Below are positions 1 through 10,630 of a stretch of 64,000 nucleotides of DNA, piece after piece (positions within the stretch are counted from its first letter, which is position 1; every line of letters starts with the position of its first letter). The translations under genes were made by a program, and so were the position numbers. The stretch lies in contig CANLTC010000017.1 in assembly GCA_947493865.1 (NCBI GenBank), positions 5,241-69,240 of the forward strand, in the 5' to 3' direction. Origin of the DNA: an uncultured Halomonas sp. GTDB lineage: Bacteria > Pseudomonadota > Gammaproteobacteria > Pseudomonadales > Halomonadaceae. The notes below the pieces were generated by a model that did no database searches, had not been told where the DNA came from, and saw only the letters and a list, made by a program, of their open reading frames with translations.

Positions 1-347
1 ATCGCCTGCCGCTGGATGTGGATATCGAACGCGATCGTAATCAGCTTTACAGCATGACCCGGGAAGGAGACATCACCAACTCCTATACACTGACGATTCG
101 CAATCTGGACGACAAGGCGCATCGCTACGTGATAACCCCCACCGGCCTGGACGGGATTGCGCTGCTCGGCAACGACAGCATCACCATCGACGCCGGACGC
201 AGCACCACTTTCCCCATACAGCTTGCGGTTCCCGCCGGGGCACTCGACGCACCCAGCAAGGCCATCGTCATCAACGTCGAGGCCGAGCAGGACCCGGACA
301 TTACATTGGCCAAGGAAGCGCGTTTTCTTGGCCAGTCACGGAGATGA
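1..347 (+). CDS. ccoG: cbb3 oxidase accessory protein CcoG/FixG, C-terminal fragment (5-prime end lies outside the window)
   Basis: The ORF is open to the window edge and ends at TGA 345-347. The sequence resembles the FixG C-terminal domain, and the gene is followed by ccoH, ccoI and ccoS in the canonical order. Confidence 0.75.
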   Translation, partial: RLPLDVDIERDRNQLYSMTREGDITNSYTLTIRNLDDKAHRYVITPTGLDGIALLGNDSITIDAGRSTTFPIQLAVPAGALDAPSKAIVINVEAEQDPDITLAKEARFLGQSRR

Positions 348-350
348 TTC

Positions 351-860
351 ATGACGACACAGATACGCCCCTGGTACAAGGAATTCTGGGCCTGGTTCTT
401 GCTGGGCATACTGGGACTGGCGGTGATCATGGGCACCACTTTTCTGGTGTTCTCGATCACCAGCTTCGATGGCATGGTAGTCGACGACTACTACAAGGAA
501 GGATTGGCCATCAACAAGACCTTGGAGCAGGATCAGCGCGCCGCGGAGATGGGCATGGCGGCGAATCTGCGCATCGACGATCTCAGCGGTGATGTCGTGG
601 TCAATCTCGAGGGCGAAGCACGTCCCGAGAAACTGCAACTCGATCTGATCTTCCCCTCTCAGGACGGGCGTGACCAGCGCGTGATTCTCGATCGAGTCAG
701 CGCCGGTCATTATGTCGGCCAATTGTCCCGCGCCCTGCAATACCGTTGGTATGTGCAACTGCATGCGCAGGCCGCCGAGCCGGAGTGGCGTCTGCTGGGC
801 GAGATCGAACTACCTCAGAAGGAAGCATTGGCGTTGCGTGCCAATATTGGCGGGGCATGA
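351..860 (+). CDS. ccoH: FixH/CcoH family protein
   Basis: 169 aa with one N-terminal TM helix ([23 protein letters not shown]) followed by a [12 protein letters not shown]-type segment. It lies between ccoG and ccoI. Confidence 0.8.
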   Translation: MTTQIRPWYKEFWAWFLLGILGLAVIMGTTFLVFSITSFDGMVVDDYYKEGLAINKTLEQDQRAAEMGMAANLRIDDLSGDVVVNLEGEARPEKLQLDLIFPSQDGRDQRVILDRVSAGHYVGQLSRALQYRWYVQLHAQAAEPEWRLLGEIELPQKEALALRANIGGA

Positions 861-3358
861 GCACACTGGCGACGTCCATCGACAGCGAAGCGAGCTGCTA
901 CCACTGTGGCACCCCGGTGCCCCGCAAGGCTCCCTGGCATATCGTTCTAGGGGATGAGCGCCATCCACTATGCTGCCCGGGCTGCGAGGCGGTGGCCCAT
1001 GCCATCGTCGATGGCGGCCTGGAAAGCTACTATCGCTTTCGTACCGAACTACCGGAGCGCCCGGACGATCGTCAGATTCAGCGCGCCGACACCTGGGCGG
1101 TTTTCGACGACCCGGAGCTGCAGCGCCAGTTCGTCCACCCGGCGGAGAACAATCGACGCCAGATCACTCTCGCGGTGGATGGTATTACCTGCGCCGCCTG
1201 CGCCTGGCTGATAGAGCACCATCTCAATGCGCTGGATGGCCTGCATTCGAGTGCCGTCAACCTGAGTCATCATCGCCTGCATCTGGTCTGGGACCCGGCG
1301 CAACTGAAGCTGTCGCGCATTCTGGCAGAGCTTGCGAGCATCGGTTATTCGTCTCAACCCTATGAGCCGGATATTGCCCAGCAGAAACTGCAGCGCGAAG
1401 AGCGCCAGTCCATCCGTCGCCTGATCGTGGCTGCGGTGGCGATGATGCAGGTCATGATGTTTTCGATTCCTCTTTATGTCTCGGGCCCGGAGGACATCAG
1501 CAGGGATTTCTTCCTGCTGTTCCACTGGCTTTCACTGGCCTTGACCACGCCGGTGGTTGCGTATTCCGCCCTGCCGTTTTTCAAGAACGCCCTGCGGGAT
1601 CTTCGTACGCGCCACCTGGGCATGGACGTTCCGGTCTCGATCGCCATTCTTGGCGCCTATCTCGCCAGCGCCTATGCGGTGCTAAGTGGTAGCGACGATG
1701 TGCATGGCACCCCGGTCTATTTCGATTCGGTGACCATGTTCACCTTCTTTTTACTGTTCAGCCGCTATATCGAAATGCGTGCACGAAGGCGCAATGGTCA
1801 TAGCGGCAATGCCCTGTCCGGCGTCTTGCCGGCAAGCGCCATTCGTCTCGAAGCAGACGGCAGCGAACGAGTACTGCCGGCCAACCAGTTGCACCCAGGC
1901 GATCGAATTCGGGTGCGCCCCGGCCACGGCGTGCCTGCGGACGGCGTCATCGTTGCGGGTCATTCGAGTCTCGATGAGTCGATGCTGACCGGCGAAACGC
2001 TGCCTGTCAGTCGTCGGGTCGGCGATAGCGTCACCGGCGGCAGCCTCAACGTCGAAAGCCCGCTTGAAATCAAGGTCACTCGCAGCGGCCGCGACGCCCG
2101 GGCCGCCGGCATCATGGAACTCAGCGACCGGGCTTTCGCCAGCCGCCCCAAGATCGCCGAACAGGCCTCCCATATGGCGCATCATTTCGTCACTAGCCTG
2201 CTGTTTATCAGTCTCGCGGTAGCCATCGCCTGGAGTGTCATCGACCCCTCCCGGGTACTGTGGGTCACGCTTTCGGTGCTGGTGGTGACCTGCCCCTGTG
2301 CCCTGGCCCTGGCGACGCCTACGGCGCTTACCGCCAGCCACGGCCAGCTGCGACGCCGGGGTGTGCTGGTGACCCGTGCCAACGCCATCGAAGGGTTGGC
2401 TCAGGCGACCCGAGTCGTGTTCGACAAGACCGGCACCCTTACCGAGGGTAGAATGCGCTTGAGAAGTATCCAGCCCCTGGCCAGCGATATTGACAGCGAG
2501 CAAGCGCGGACCCTGGCAGCCGCCCTGGAGGCCCATTCCGAGCATCCCATTGCCCAGGCTTTTCGCGATCAAAACCCTTCTCATGTCACCGCAAGCGACG
2601 TCCGCAACGTGCCAGGACAAGGACTTGAAGGCCTCATCGAGGGGCAGCGCTACCGCTTGGGGCGTCCGGACTTCGCCATGAAGACACCGCCCTCATTGCC
2701 GGACCAGCAAGGTCAATGGCTGCTGCTCGCCATGATCGATGACTCCTCCGACGCTTCCATCAGTACACCGCTAGCCTGGTTCCGTCTCGATGACACCCTG
2801 CGCGTCGACGCCCTGGCGACCGTTGCCGGGCTCCGTGACCTGGGGCTGGAGGTGGAGCTATTGTCCGGCGACGTCAGCGCTGTCGTTGGAAGGCTTGCCC
2901 ATGAGCTTGGCATCACGAGCTGGCAGGCAGGCGCCACACCGGAAACCAAACTCGAACACGTTCGTGCCCTGCAGGCTCGAGGAGAACGCGTGGTCATGGT
3001 TGGCGATGGCATCAACGACGTGCCGGTACTGGCTGCAGCGGACGTGTCCGTGGCCATGAACGGTGCGACGGATCTGGCCCGCACCAGCGCCGACGCGCTG
3101 TTGATGAGCCCGCGTCTGGGGCGTATCGTCGAAGCGGTGCAACTGGCGCGCCAGACCCAGCACTTGATTCGTCAGAACCTGCTCTGGGCGCTGTGCTATA
3201 ATGTTTGTGCGCTGCCGCTGGCGGCACTGGGTCTGGTGCCGCCCTGGGTGGCGGCGCTGGGCATGTCCGCCAGTTCACTGGTCGTGGTAGGCAATGCCCT
3301 GCGACTCAATCGGATCAAGGCCACTCCTCGCTCCTCGTCACTGGCAGCAACGTCATGA
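857..3358 (+). CDS. ccoI: Copper-translocating P1B-type ATPase CcoI/FixI
   Basis: The ATG at 857 overlaps the ccoH stop (ATGA). Motifs seen: N-terminal Cys pairs (CYHCG, CCPGC), HMA CAAC, TGE, CPC, DKTGT and GDGINDVP. The 746 start in the ORF track is probably a spurious extension. Confidence 0.93.
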   Translation: MSTLATSIDSEASCYHCGTPVPRKAPWHIVLGDERHPLCCPGCEAVAHAIVDGGLESYYRFRTELPERPDDRQIQRADTWAVFDDPELQRQFVHPAENNRRQITLAVDGITCAACAWLIEHHLNALDGLHSSAVNLSHHRLHLVWDPAQLKLSRILAELASIGYSSQPYEPDIAQQKLQREERQSIRRLIVAAVAMMQVMMFSIPLYVSGPEDISRDFFLLFHWLSLALTTPVVAYSALPFFKNALRDLRTRHLGMDVPVSIAILGAYLASAYAVLSGSDDVHGTPVYFDSVTMFTFFLLFSRYIEMRARRRNGHSGNALSGVLPASAIRLEADGSERVLPANQLHPGDRIRVRPGHGVPADGVIVAGHSSLDESMLTGETLPVSRRVGDSVTGGSLNVESPLEIKVTRSGRDARAAGIMELSDRAFASRPKIAEQASHMAHHFVTSLLFISLAVAIAWSVIDPSRVLWVTLSVLVVTCPCALALATPTALTASHGQLRRRGVLVTRANAIEGLAQATRVVFDKTGTLTEGRMRLRSIQPLASDIDSEQARTLAAALEAHSEHPIAQAFRDQNPSHVTASDVRNVPGQGLEGLIEGQRYRLGRPDFAMKTPPSLPDQQGQWLLLAMIDDSSDASISTPLAWFRLDDTLRVDALATVAGLRDLGLEVELLSGDVSAVVGRLAHELGITSWQAGATPETKLEHVRALQARGERVVMVGDGINDVPVLAAADVSVAMNGATDLARTSADALLMSPRLGRIVEAVQLARQTQHLIRQNLLWALCYNVCALPLAALGLVPPWVAALGMSASSLVVVGNALRLNRIKATPRSSSLAATS

Positions 3359-3615
3359 GCATTCTCTACCTGCTGATTCCTATCTCCTTGTTGCTGCTCT
3401 CGCTCGCGGTCTGGGCGTTTTTCTGGGCCGTCAAGCACGATCAGTTCGACGACCTGGAAGGCCCGGCCTATCGCATTCTCTTCGATGAGGACGAAAACGA
3501 TCTGACGGCGGAACAGCGCCAGCGCCGCCGGGCGCAGCGTAAGTCGGCAGCTGATGACAAGACGGGAAAACCGGAAAAGCATCACCCCGACGATCAAGAC
3601 AAGCACCCGCACTGA
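3355..3615 (+). CDS. ccoS: cbb3 oxidase maturation protein CcoS/FixS
   Basis: 86 aa. The ATG at 3355 overlaps the ccoI stop. The N-terminus [37 protein letters not shown] is typical of CcoS. The protein has a long charged C-terminal tail. Confidence 0.85.
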   Translation: MSILYLLIPISLLLLSLAVWAFFWAVKHDQFDDLEGPAYRILFDEDENDLTAEQRQRRRAQRKSAADDKTGKPEKHHPDDQDKHPH

Positions 3616-4352
3616 TGGATCCTACCGGCCTCGATCTACCACCTCTGGCAGCGGCCTTCATCTTCGGCCTTCTGGGGGGTGCCCACTGCATCGGCATGTG
3701 CGGCGGCATCATGAGCGCCCTGACCTTTGCGGTGCCGCCCAGCATGCGCAGTACTGCACGCCTGGGCGGATTGTTGCTGGGCTACAACCTGGGACGCATT
3801 GCCAGTTACATGGTGGCCGGCGCTCTGGTAGCGAGTCTGGGTACACTGCTTGGCAGTGCCAGCAACAGCCTGCGACTCGTGCTGCAGGGACTGGCTGCCG
3901 TGATGATGATCCTGATGGCACTGTATCTGGCCAATTGGTGGCGAGGGCTGACCCGAATCGAAGCTCTGGGGCGCCATCTATGGCGCCATCTCGAACCGGT
4001 CGGCCGGCGCTTGATGCCGGTGGTCAAGGTCCCTCAGGCAATAGCGCTGGGAGCGGTGTGGGGCTGGCTGCCCTGCGGGCTGGTCTATTCGATGCTGACC
4101 TGGAGCCTGGCGGGTGGCGACCCTGCTCACGGAGCGGCATTGATGGGCGCTTTCGGTCTGGGCACCCTGCCGGCGTTGCTGGTCACCGGCGTGGCGGCTC
4201 GGCAGATGACCCATCTGATTCGCCATCCCGCCACCCGCACCCTCGCCGCGCTTCTGATCATCGCTTTTGCGCTATGGCAGCTCTGGTCGTTGATAGCCCC
4301 GCTACTACCCTTCGCCGAGATGCCGTCGGCCCATGGGCATCACGCAGACTAG
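3615..4352 (+). CDS. DsbD_2 / TauE-SafE-like polytopic membrane protein
   Basis: 245 aa with multiple TM helices and HCIGMCGG and WLPCGLVYS motifs. The start overlaps the ccoS stop (TGATG). This family commonly follows ccoS. Confidence 0.8.
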   Translation: MDPTGLDLPPLAAAFIFGLLGGAHCIGMCGGIMSALTFAVPPSMRSTARLGGLLLGYNLGRIASYMVAGALVASLGTLLGSASNSLRLVLQGLAAVMMILMALYLANWWRGLTRIEALGRHLWRHLEPVGRRLMPVVKVPQAIALGAVWGWLPCGLVYSMLTWSLAGGDPAHGAALMGAFGLGTLPALLVTGVAARQMTHLIRHPATRTLAALLIIAFALWQLWSLIAPLLPFAEMPSAHGHHAD

Positions 4353-4367
4353 GCCCGCAACGACGCC

Positions 4368-5222
4368 TCACGCTTCATGGGTCAGCAAATCAAAGGCGTC
4401 AATACGATTGGCATTCAGGGTCTCGCGCTTGGCTTCAAGACCCTGAAAGTCGAACAGATCGCGGTCCGCAAGCTGGGACGGGGCAACGTTGGTTACCGCC
4501 TTGAACATGGTCTCGAGCCGGCCGGGGTGCGTCTTTTCCCACTCGCCGAGCATCTCCTTGACCACCTGGCGCTGAAGGTTGGGCTGGGAGCCGCACAGGT
4601 TGCAGGGAATGATGGGGAACTCCATCAGGCGGGCGAACTCGGCGATGTCCGCCTCCCGGCAATAGGCCAAGGGGCGAATGACGATGTTCTTGCCGTCATC
4701 GGAGAGCAGCTTGGGCGGCATGGCCTTGAGGGTGCCACCGTAGAACATGTTGAGAAACAGCGTCTCGAGGATATCCTCGCGGTGGTGCCCGAGAGCCACT
4801 TTTGTCGCACCGATCTCCTCGGCAAAACCGTAGAGAGAGCCGCGACGCAAGCGGGAACATAGCGCGCAGGTCGTCTTGCCTTCCGGGGTCTTTTCCTTGA
4901 CCACGGAATAGGTGTCCCGCTCCAGGATATGATAGGACACGCCGAGACCATCGAGATAGTGCGGCAGTATATGTTCGGGAAAACCTGGCTGCTTTTGATC
5001 CAGGTTGACCGCCACCAGTTCGAAATCGATGGGGGCATTGCGCTGCAGATTGCGCAGGATCTCGAGCAAGGTATAGGAGTCTTTTCCGCCAGAGAGGCAG
5101 ACCATGACCTTGTCCCCCGCTTCGATCATGGCATAGTCGACAATGGCGTTGCCGACCTGACGGCGCAGGCGTTTCTGAAGCTTGTTGAACTCGTATTTGG
5201 GTTTGCCGATGAGCGCTGACAT
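4368..5222 (-). CDS. ttcA: tRNA 2-thiocytidine(32) synthetase TtcA
   Basis: 284 aa with the PP-loop motif CLSGGKDS and Cys motifs CALCSRL and CNLCGSQ. The N-terminus ([15 protein letters not shown]) closely resembles E. coli TtcA. Confidence 0.93.
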   Translation of the reverse strand: MSALIGKPKYEFNKLQKRLRRQVGNAIVDYAMIEAGDKVMVCLSGGKDSYTLLEILRNLQRNAPIDFELVAVNLDQKQPGFPEHILPHYLDGLGVSYHILERDTYSVVKEKTPEGKTTCALCSRLRRGSLYGFAEEIGATKVALGHHREDILETLFLNMFYGGTLKAMPPKLLSDDGKNIVIRPLAYCREADIAEFARLMEFPIIPCNLCGSQPNLQRQVVKEMLGEWEKTHPGRLETMFKAVTNVAPSQLADRDLFDFQGLEAKRETLNANRIDAFDLLTHEA

Positions 5223-5314
5223 GACGAGACACTAGATGGTGAATTCAAGGCCGTCTATGCTACCACTGCCCCTGTCGACTTGCGACGACGCGCCTTCGAA
5301 CATGATCAAAATAT

Positions 5315-5584
5315 CTAGGGTCTATTGACGTTTCATCACGAACCGCGTTGCTGCATCAAAAAGTGCCAGTCAAGGCGCGGAACGCAGGGAAGGGTTATTC
5401 CCTTTTCAAGTTTCGCAACGCAGGATGGCGCTTTTGATGCGCAACCCGATGGGCTGGGTCAGTTTTTATCCGCTGCGGCGTTAGTCGTCGTTCATTTGGA
5501 ATAACCAAATCTCTCTCCTTCTGCCTTGCCCCGAATAAAAACTGACGCCAGCGCGGCCGTGAACGAAACGTCAACAGACCCTAG
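5315..5584. repeat. Family-A MITE-like composite palindromic repeat (two ~135-bp units in inverted orientation)
   Basis: The left end is ctagggtctattgacgtttcatcacgaaccgcg and the reverse complement of the right end is ctagggtctgttgacgtttcgttcacggccgcg. There is an internal stem between 5347-5367 and 5427-5445. The element has no ORF. The left arm recurs at 30276-30394. Confidence 0.85.
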
Positions 5585-6192
5585 CTCGCATCTTTTCTAA
5601 GCCGAACGTACATCAGCGCCGTGGTCACCGCATCGCCCAGTGCCGTATGTCGCCCCATCACCGGAACGCCCAGTGCCTTGGCCACCGTCTCGAAGCGCAG
5701 ATCCGGCTCCAGATCGGGATTCGTCCTGCGTATCTCACGCCGATAGAGATGGAGCATGTCCAGACAGGCATTGGGCAGGTCGAAACCGAAGCGCGGCCTC
5801 AGATGACGATTGATCACCGCAAGATCGAAATCGATACACCAGCCGAGCAGCGGACGATTGCCGATGAAGTCGAGCAGCTTTTCCAGTGCATCCGCCGGTG
5901 TGTCTCCACCGTCGAGATCGATGCCTCGCAAGCCATGGATCTTGATCGAATCGCCGCTCAGGCTTTCAGGGCACTGTAGACGCAAGTCTAGGGAGTCGCT
6001 GGTCAGCACTCGCCCGGCCTTGATGCGCACTGCCGCTACCGATACCAGTTCCGCCGTCTTCGTATCGAGCCCGGTGGTTTCACAGTCAATGGATACAACC
6101 TCATCCCCGGTATAGGGATTGAACAGCCAACCGTAATGACCATCCGCTTGACGTCTGCGATCGGTAACCCGGCGCAAGGCTCGAAGCATCAA
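5581..6192 (-). CDS. DEDDh 3-prime-5-prime exonuclease (DnaQ/epsilon-like domain protein)
   Basis: 203 aa with the Exo I motif VSIDCETTGLD and a C-terminal H..GDA motif (HTALGDAV). It is paired with the DUF294 gene directly upstream of it on the minus strand. Confidence 0.85.
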   Translation of the reverse strand: MMLRALRRVTDRRRQADGHYGWLFNPYTGDEVVSIDCETTGLDTKTAELVSVAAVRIKAGRVLTSDSLDLRLQCPESLSGDSIKIHGLRGIDLDGGDTPADALEKLLDFIGNRPLLGWCIDFDLAVINRHLRPRFGFDLPNACLDMLHLYRREIRRTNPDLEPDLRFETVAKALGVPVMGRHTALGDAVTTALMYVRLRKDAS

Positions 6193-6203
6193 GATACGTT
6201 CCT

Positions 6204-8021
6204 TTAATATTCCAGATGAAAGCGATACGACAATCGCTGCTTGAAACTCTTGACGATACCCAGCGCCTCCCGCAGCAGGTCGCGCTCCAGAGACGATAGC
6301 GTCTGCACCACCACGCGATTGGGCTCTTGGCTGTTCTGCCTGCCTTCGAGCCGCGCCAGTTGCTGCTTGAGTCGCAGCTCGGAAAACAGGCAGAGCGCCT
6401 CACCAAGATCATCGGCGAAACTCTTTTCCAGGCGGCCTTCTTCCGCCAATGCCTTCAGCCTTGCAAGGGTCGAGATTGGCATAATTCTCTTTTCCAGGGC
6501 CAGGGTGCGCACGCCATGCACGATGGGGAAAATGCCACCCTTTTTGATGTCGATGCCGTGCTCCGGCTTTTTAAGCGTGCCGAACAGGGTCAAGGGCGTG
6601 GAAAAGCTCAGGGCGGCTCGAGCAAAATAGGACAACAGCAGTTCGTCTCGAGAGCAGTGCTCGAAAAGATGATTGCGCAACCTCTCGAGAAGCGTCGTGT
6701 CTCCTGCCACCGCATGGGCATCCAGCATGATCGCCAGGTTCATCAGGGAAGCACCGTCACGCTTGGCGATCCAATGAGAGATCGTATTGCGCCACCCCGA
6801 CTCGCTCTTCACCCATTCGGGATTCGATACCATGATATTGCCTAGGCAAGGGGGATAGCCCAGGGTCAGCAGCGTGTCCGTCAGTTGCTGCATGTCCGAG
6901 GCACATTCCGGCCAGGCGACATCGTCCGCCAGGATCAGAGCGTTGTCCTGATCGGTCTTGAGTATCTGCTCGCCGCGCCCCTCGCTTCCCATGATCAGCA
7001 GGCAGCTTTGGCGCTGATGTTCCGGTGCCACGATGAATCCAAACGCCTTGTTGACGATACGTCCGTTGAGCGCGGCCAGCAGATCCATGACGAACTCCAG
7101 CTTCACGCCCTGGGCCATCAGCGCCTTGACCAGTTCCGGCATGCGCGCGCTGGCCGCGGCAAGCGATTCGAGATCATCCGCCTGCTCCACCTCCAGACTG
7201 ACCATGTAAGAGCGACTGGAGAAGTAGCTGAGCACATCGGTCAGTTCGACGACTCCGCAAGGCTGGTCATTCTCCAGTACGACCACCCGGGAGACCTTGT
7301 GCCGGGTCATGCTCACCAGGGCCTGAAACAGATAGTCCTCCGGCTGAGCCGAGACCAGCGTGAAATGGGCGATATCCACTACCGGGCTGTGCTTGTCGCG
7401 CCCCTCCAGCACCAGCGCGTTGAGCAGATTGGTCTTGGTTATCATGCCAACGCCTTTCCCTGCCTGGACCAGCAAGCTATCGGCATGACTATCGTCGAGT
7501 GCCGTCGCGGCCTGGGCTACGGTCGTCGTCTCATCTAGGATGAGGGGTGGACGCATGCACTCGACGATCCGCGCCAGCATGAATCCCGCCATGGTCATGC
7601 CGCCTTCATTGCGCTGTTCGATCAATAGGCGCGTCTTGTTGGCCAGACTCTGGCGAAAGAACTCGGCAAAGGCAGGCGATTCCTGGCAGAGCTGCTCGAA
7701 GAGCGCCTTGGGCAACAGGTAGCAGAGCGTTTCCTGCTCGGCCTTGAAGCGATAGCGGCTCCTGCCATTGATGATGCTGATCGCGCCGAAAAGGTCGCCG
7801 GCGGTGTAATGTCCGATGCGCCCCTGGTCGCCCGGCATGGTGTTATCCAGCTCCGCGACTTCGCCCTTGTGGATGATAAAGACGAACTCGCCGGACTGGC
7901 CGGCCTCGAGAATGATTTCCTGGTTGTCGAAGTAGCCTAGATCGACACCCTTGACAATCCGCGCCTTGCTGGACTCGCCGAGTAACGAGAAAGGCGGTTG
8001 TGAAAGATCAATGTCGACCAT
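6204..8021 (-). CDS. cNMP-binding / CBS-pair / DUF294 putative nucleotidyltransferase protein
   Basis: It has an N-terminal cyclic-nucleotide-binding fold (FVFIIHKGEVAEL), a CBS pair, and an NTase-like GSEGRGEQILKTDQDNALI segment. I chose the start at ATG 8021 because it follows a GGAGAG Shine-Dalgarno site; the ORF track start is 8081. Confidence 0.85.
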   Translation of the reverse strand: MVDIDLSQPPFSLLGESSKARIVKGVDLGYFDNQEIILEAGQSGEFVFIIHKGEVAELDNTMPGDQGRIGHYTAGDLFGAISIINGRSRYRFKAEQETLCYLLPKALFEQLCQESPAFAEFFRQSLANKTRLLIEQRNEGGMTMAGFMLARIVECMRPPLILDETTTVAQAATALDDSHADSLLVQAGKGVGMITKTNLLNALVLEGRDKHSPVVDIAHFTLVSAQPEDYLFQALVSMTRHKVSRVVVLENDQPCGVVELTDVLSYFSSRSYMVSLEVEQADDLESLAAASARMPELVKALMAQGVKLEFVMDLLAALNGRIVNKAFGFIVAPEHQRQSCLLIMGSEGRGEQILKTDQDNALILADDVAWPECASDMQQLTDTLLTLGYPPCLGNIMVSNPEWVKSESGWRNTISHWIAKRDGASLMNLAIMLDAHAVAGDTTLLERLRNHLFEHCSRDELLLSYFARAALSFSTPLTLFGTLKKPEHGIDIKKGGIFPIVHGVRTLALEKRIMPISTLARLKALAEEGRLEKSFADDLGEALCLFSELRLKQQLARLEGRQNSQEPNRVVVQTLSSLERDLLREALGIVKSFKQRLSYRFHLEY

Positions 8022-8593
8022 CGTACGCTCTCCGATACATCTCTTTTGATGTTGGCTCAGTGCTTGCAGCCAACCGTACATCTATCCAGCTCAATCATTA
8101 GTCATAGAGACATTCGAATGACACCTCATGACTATCGACATCAAGAATGCCCTAACAAGAATCGCAACAGCATAATTTTTAAAAAAGCCAGACCATCGCT
8201 GCATACTTCTGAAACTAGACTATTGTCCCATGTGTGACTGCCTAGACCATCGTCCTATAAGTTGCCGCCAAGCCTTGATTAAGACCAGGAAAAACTCAAC
8301 TAACCCTTTGTATTTATTAGTTTTACCACCCATGTACTTAAATCCTTTTCCTCTTCATAGTACCAAAGTATAGGATTTTATTTTCCGCGTTTTTTGCCCA
8401 CTATTAGTCCCGAGTCTCGACATGTAACAACGCGTTCATGAAACATCTTGATTTGATAGACATGACGATCAGCCATGTGATGCCGCAAGGCTTCCCCGAC
8501 CGATAATGGTTGCCATTAGGTAATGATCGACCTGTTGAAACTGATATTTTCTCAAGGCAACGTCCTTTATTAAAACAAGCGGAGAGCAATAAT

Positions 8594-8854
8594 ATGGCAG
8601 ATGATAAAACCAATGCTGCTGCCTACTGGTCGGCGAACGTTCGCCTGATTGCCGGCTGCCTGATCGTCTGGGCGCTGGTGTCTTACGGCTTTGCCATCCT
8701 GCTGCGCCCTTTACTGGCCGGCATTCCTGTCGGCGGAACGGATCTGGGATTCTGGTTCGCTCAGCAGGGCTCCATCCTGACCTTTATCGGCATCATTTTC
8801 TTCTATGCGTGGAAAATGAATCGGCTCGATAAAAAGTTCGGACTCGAGGAGTAG
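8594..8854 (+). CDS. DUF4212 small membrane subunit of a sodium:solute symporter
   Basis: 86 aa starting MADDKTNAAAYWSANVRL with two TM helices. A GGAGAG Shine-Dalgarno site lies upstream of ATG 8594. The gene sits immediately upstream of the SSS permease. Confidence 0.85.
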   Translation: MADDKTNAAAYWSANVRLIAGCLIVWALVSYGFAILLRPLLAGIPVGGTDLGFWFAQQGSILTFIGIIFFYAWKMNRLDKKFGLEE

Positions 8855-8860
8855 ACCAGC

Positions 8861-10630
8861 ATGAGCCAATTCGCTATCAATATTCTCTTCGTTGGCGCGT
8901 CCTTCGCTCTCTATATCGCCATCGCCATCTGGGCCAAGGCGGGTTCGACGAAAGACTTCTACGTCGCCGGCGGCGGCGTGCATCCAATCACCAACGGCAT
9001 GGCCATCGGCGCCGACTGGATGTCCGCGGCCTCCTTCATTTCCATGGCGGGCCTGATCGCTTCCGGGGGGTACGCCAACTCCACCTTCCTGATGGGCTGG
9101 ACCGGCGGCTACGTTCTGCTGGCCACATTGCTGGCGCCGTATCTGCGCAAATTCGGCAAGTTCACGGTACCGGAGTTCATTGGTGACCGCTTCTACAGCA
9201 AGACTGCACGGCTTGTGGCGGTGGTCTGTCTCATCGTCGCCTCCCTAACCTACGTCATCGGCCAGATGGCCGGCGCCGGCGTGGCGTTCTCCCGCTTTTT
9301 GGAAGTCGACGCCACCATGGGCCTGATCATCGCAGCGGTGGTGATATTCTTCTATTCCGTGCTCGGGGGCATGAAGGGCATCACCTATACCCAGGTCGCC
9401 CAGTACTGTGTGCTGATCACCGCCTACACCATTCCGGCGGTGTTCATTTCCCTTGAACTGACGGGCAATCCGCTGCCCCCGCTGGGCCTCTTCTCGGAGC
9501 ATACCGACTCCGGCATGCCGCTACTGGCCAAGCTCAACGAGGTCATCACCGATCTCGGCTTCAACGAATACACGGCGGACGTGGACAACAAGCTGAACAT
9601 GGTGCTGTTCACCCTCACGCTGATGATCGGTACCGCGGGTCTACCTCACGTCATCATCCGCTTCTTCACCGTGCCGAAGGTTGCCGACGCCCGCTGGTCC
9701 GCTGGCTGGGCTCTGATCTTCATCGCCCTGCTCTATCTGACGGCACCGGCGGTCGCCTCCATGGCGCGCCTGAACCTGGTGAACACCATCTATCCGGATG
9801 GCCCCAGCGCCGAGGCCATTCAGTATGAGGACCGTCCGAACTGGATCAAGGAGTGGGAGATCACCGGCCTGATTCAGTATGAAGACAAGAATGACGACGG
9901 CCGTATCCAGCTGTACAACGCGGATTCGGAAGCCTTTGCCTCCACCGCCGAGTCCCGGGGCTGGGAAGGCAACGAGCTGGTGGTCAACCAGGACATCCTG
10001 GTACTGGCCAACCCCGAGATCGCCAATCTGCCCGGCTGGGTCATCGGCCTGATCGCGGCAGGGGGGCTGGCAGCGGCCTTGTCGACGGCGGCCGGCCTGT
10101 TGCTGGCCATCTCGTCGGCCATCAGTCACGACCTGATCAAGGGCGCGCTTAATCCCAGGATCACGGAGAAAGGCGAGCTCATGGCGGCGCGAATCTCCAT
10201 GTCCGTGGCGATCGTCGTCGCTACCTACCTGGGCGCCAACCCACCGGGCTTTGCGGCCCAGGTAGTGGCACTGGCCTTTGGGATCGCCGCTGCATCGTTG
10301 TTCCCGGCGCTGATGATGGGGATCTTCTCCAAGCGAGTGAACAACATCGGGGCCATCGCCGGCATGCTCACGGGCCTCGCCTTCGCCCTGGTGTACATCT
10401 TCATTTACAAGGGCTGGTTCTTCATCCCGGGCACCAACAACCTGGCGGATATTCCCGAGAACTATGTACTGGGCATATCACCGCTATCCATTGGCGCCGT
10501 CGGGGCGATCATCAACTTCGCCGTGGCCTTCACTGTATCCAAGGTCACCGCGCCGCCGCCCCAGGAGATACAGGACCTGGTGGAAAGTGTGCGCTATCCG
10601 AAAGGTGCTGGTATCGCTGTTGACCACTAG
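8861..10630 (+). CDS. Sodium:solute symporter family permease (DUF4212-associated, acetate/monocarboxylate-type)
   Basis: 589 aa polytopic SSS-family protein. It is paired with DUF4212 and lies next to the CrbS/CrbR/acs genes. Confidence 0.9.
   Translation: MSQFAINILFVGASFALYIAIAIWAKAGSTKDFYVAGGGVHPITNGMAIGADWMSAASFISMAGLIASGGYANSTFLMGWTGGYVLLATLLAPYLRKFGKFTVPEFIGDRFYSKTARLVAVVCLIVASLTYVIGQMAGAGVAFSRFLEVDATMGLIIAAVVIFFYSVLGGMKGITYTQVAQYCVLITAYTIPAVFISLELTGNPLPPLGLFSEHTDSGMPLLAKLNEVITDLGFNEYTADVDNKLNMVLFTLTLMIGTAGLPHVIIRFFTVPKVADARWSAGWALIFIALLYLTAPAVASMARLNLVNTIYPDGPSAEAIQYEDRPNWIKEWEITGLIQYEDKNDDGRIQLYNADSEAFASTAESRGWEGNELVVNQDILVLANPEIANLPGWVIGLIAAGGLAAALSTAAGLLLAISSAISHDLIKGALNPRITEKGELMAARISMSVAIVVATYLGANPPGFAAQVVALAFGIAAASLFPALMMGIFSKRVNNIGAIAGMLTGLAFALVYIFIYKGWFFIPGTNNLADIPENYVLGISPLSIGAVGAIINFAVAFTVSKVTAPPPQEIQDLVESVRYPKGAGIAVDH

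Noticed and set aside
746-856. Several ORF-track entries carry long N-terminal extensions: ccoI from 746, ccoS from 3205, dapA from 36302, lptG from 58768, pepA from 59782, bfd from 57108, rsmJ from 21944 and the DUF1653 gene from 53397.
   Set aside because: The extensions overlap upstream genes or repeats and have Arg/Ala-rich composition. Internal starts with Shine-Dalgarno sites or stop-start overlaps give N-termini that match the known families.
5315-5584. I considered whether the A and B repeats could be integron attC sites or part of a cassette array.
   Set aside because: There is no intI gene. The flanking genes are conserved core genes in both orientations. The termini do not fit the RYYYAAC/GTTRRRY core-site pattern. 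The copies are dispersed rather than arrayed.
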